Assembly (NCBI GenBank): GCA_965199495.1
Contig: CBDASK010000003.1
Location: 3,456,001 to 3,520,000, forward strand
Length of the DNA stretch: 64,000 nt
From: Abditibacterium sp.
GTDB lineage: Bacteria > Armatimonadota > Abditibacteriia > Abditibacteriales > Abditibacteriaceae
Reading direction: 5' to 3'
A program made the translations under genes and the position numbers. Below are positions 63,256-64,000 of this stretch, piece by piece. The number at the start of each line of letters is the position of its first letter. Position 1 is the stretch's first letter. Under the pieces are notes generated by a model. That model had not been told where the DNA came from and searched no databases. It was given only the letters and a program-made list of their open reading frames with translations.

Positions 63256-64000
63256 ATGAAAATCTCAATTCCTTTTCTCGCAATGGCAAGTTGCGCTCTG
63301 CTCTCGCCGATTTCTCAAGCCATGCCCACTGCTCCGCGTCTGGTCGGCAAAGTTTTTCCGTTGGGCGCGACCGATGAAAAATCCGAGATTGCGTTGGGCG
63401 GCGCCTATTTTTCCGGCAAAGGCTGGCGCGACGATGCTCAATCGAAAGGTTCGCTTTTGCCCGGCGTGCGCTGGCAACTGTTCGGCCTGAACGGCGCTGG
63501 GCCGAGCGTGACCAGCGACAAAGGCCAAATTGACGATGTGCCGCAATCTTATTACGCCCATCTGCGCGAAAAAGTGAGGGGCGAGAATGCCATGCTGGCG
63601 ATTTCTAACGCTGGCCCCGGCGCGCAGCCACGTCTGCCGCGCGCGCAGAACCTGAATCAGGAAACCTATCAACGCGCCGTGGCTGCTCTTCTGCGCGCGC
63701 AGGGTTTGAACGTGACTCGCGCCAAATTAACGCAGTTGATGCGCGTAGACCTCAACGGCGACGGCATCGAAGAAGTATTGATGACGGCGCAATCGCGGCC
63801 TGATTACGGGCACACATCCGAAGCAAGAAAGGGTGATTATTCGCTGTTGGCGCTGCGCTATGTGGATCATGGCGTCGTCAAAACGGCGGTTTTAGATTCG
63901 AGCATTTCAACCAAAAACGTGGCGTTTTCGGCGCCCGGCTATTGCGAATTGATGTGCTGCGTGGATGTAGATGGCGACGGCAAAATGGAAATTGTCACGA
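63256..64000 (+). CDS. Hypothetical exported protein, truncated by the window end
   Basis: Manual translation starting MKISIPFLAMASCALLSPISQA is open to the end and contains two DxxGDG motifs (DLNGDGIEE, DVDGDGKME). Confidence 0.75.
   Translation, partial: MKISIPFLAMASCALLSPISQAMPTAPRLVGKVFPLGATDEKSEIALGGAYFSGKGWRDDAQSKGSLLPGVRWQLFGLNGAGPSVTSDKGQIDDVPQSYYAHLREKVRGENAMLAISNAGPGAQPRLPRAQNLNQETYQRAVAALLRAQGLNVTRAKLTQLMRVDLNGDGIEEVLMTAQSRPDYGHTSEARKGDYSLLALRYVDHGVVKTAVLDSSISTKNVAFSAPGYCELMCCVDVDGDGKMEIVT

Noticed and set aside
1492..63686. CGTGGCTGC considered as a Chi or KOPS site
   Set aside because: The near-equal strand counts (17 versus 15, interleaved along the window) do not fit replication-polarised motifs.

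Overview
Bacterial chromosomal window, roughly 58% GC by eye. Gene style is compatible with Abditibacteriota/Armatimonadota, but this is an inference and was not verified. Contents in order: DUF1800 and a secreted protein; a Rex-headed cluster (rex, polyprenyl synthase, ccmABCD, sirC-like, hemA, hemX/ccsA-like, hemC, cobA-hemD); assorted enzymes; a short-variable-arm tRNA-Leu(UAG); a degenerate GGDEF protein; an orphan OmpR regulator; an AraC pseudogene beside a GH29 fucosidase; a PIN toxin-antitoxin pair; recG; a redox/metal island (two SigR/SigH-like ECF sigma factors, four RsrA-like ZAS proteins, two DM13 proteins, a frameshifted NDH-2, a DUF326 Cys-rich bundle, a P1B-4 ATPase); pncA-pncB; a very large cpaF with tadB-tadC; GH43; a repeat-flanked GxxExxY gene; leuS; a presenilin-like GxGD protein; DUF433/DUF5615; GT1 and an aldo/keto reductase. 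Several families of palindromic repeats fill the intergenic spaces. The strongest unexplained signal is the non-palindromic 9-mer CGTGGCTGC, with at least 32 exact copies counted by eye on both strands and in several reading frames, resembling a DNA uptake sequence. Also notable: a shared GGGAAC-N18-ATTG ECF promoter motif across the DM13/ZAS island, Rex-like boxes upstream of rex and pncAB, and a structured RNA candidate upstream of the metal ATPase. Start codons were chosen by eye and all family calls rest on motif recognition, not database searches.
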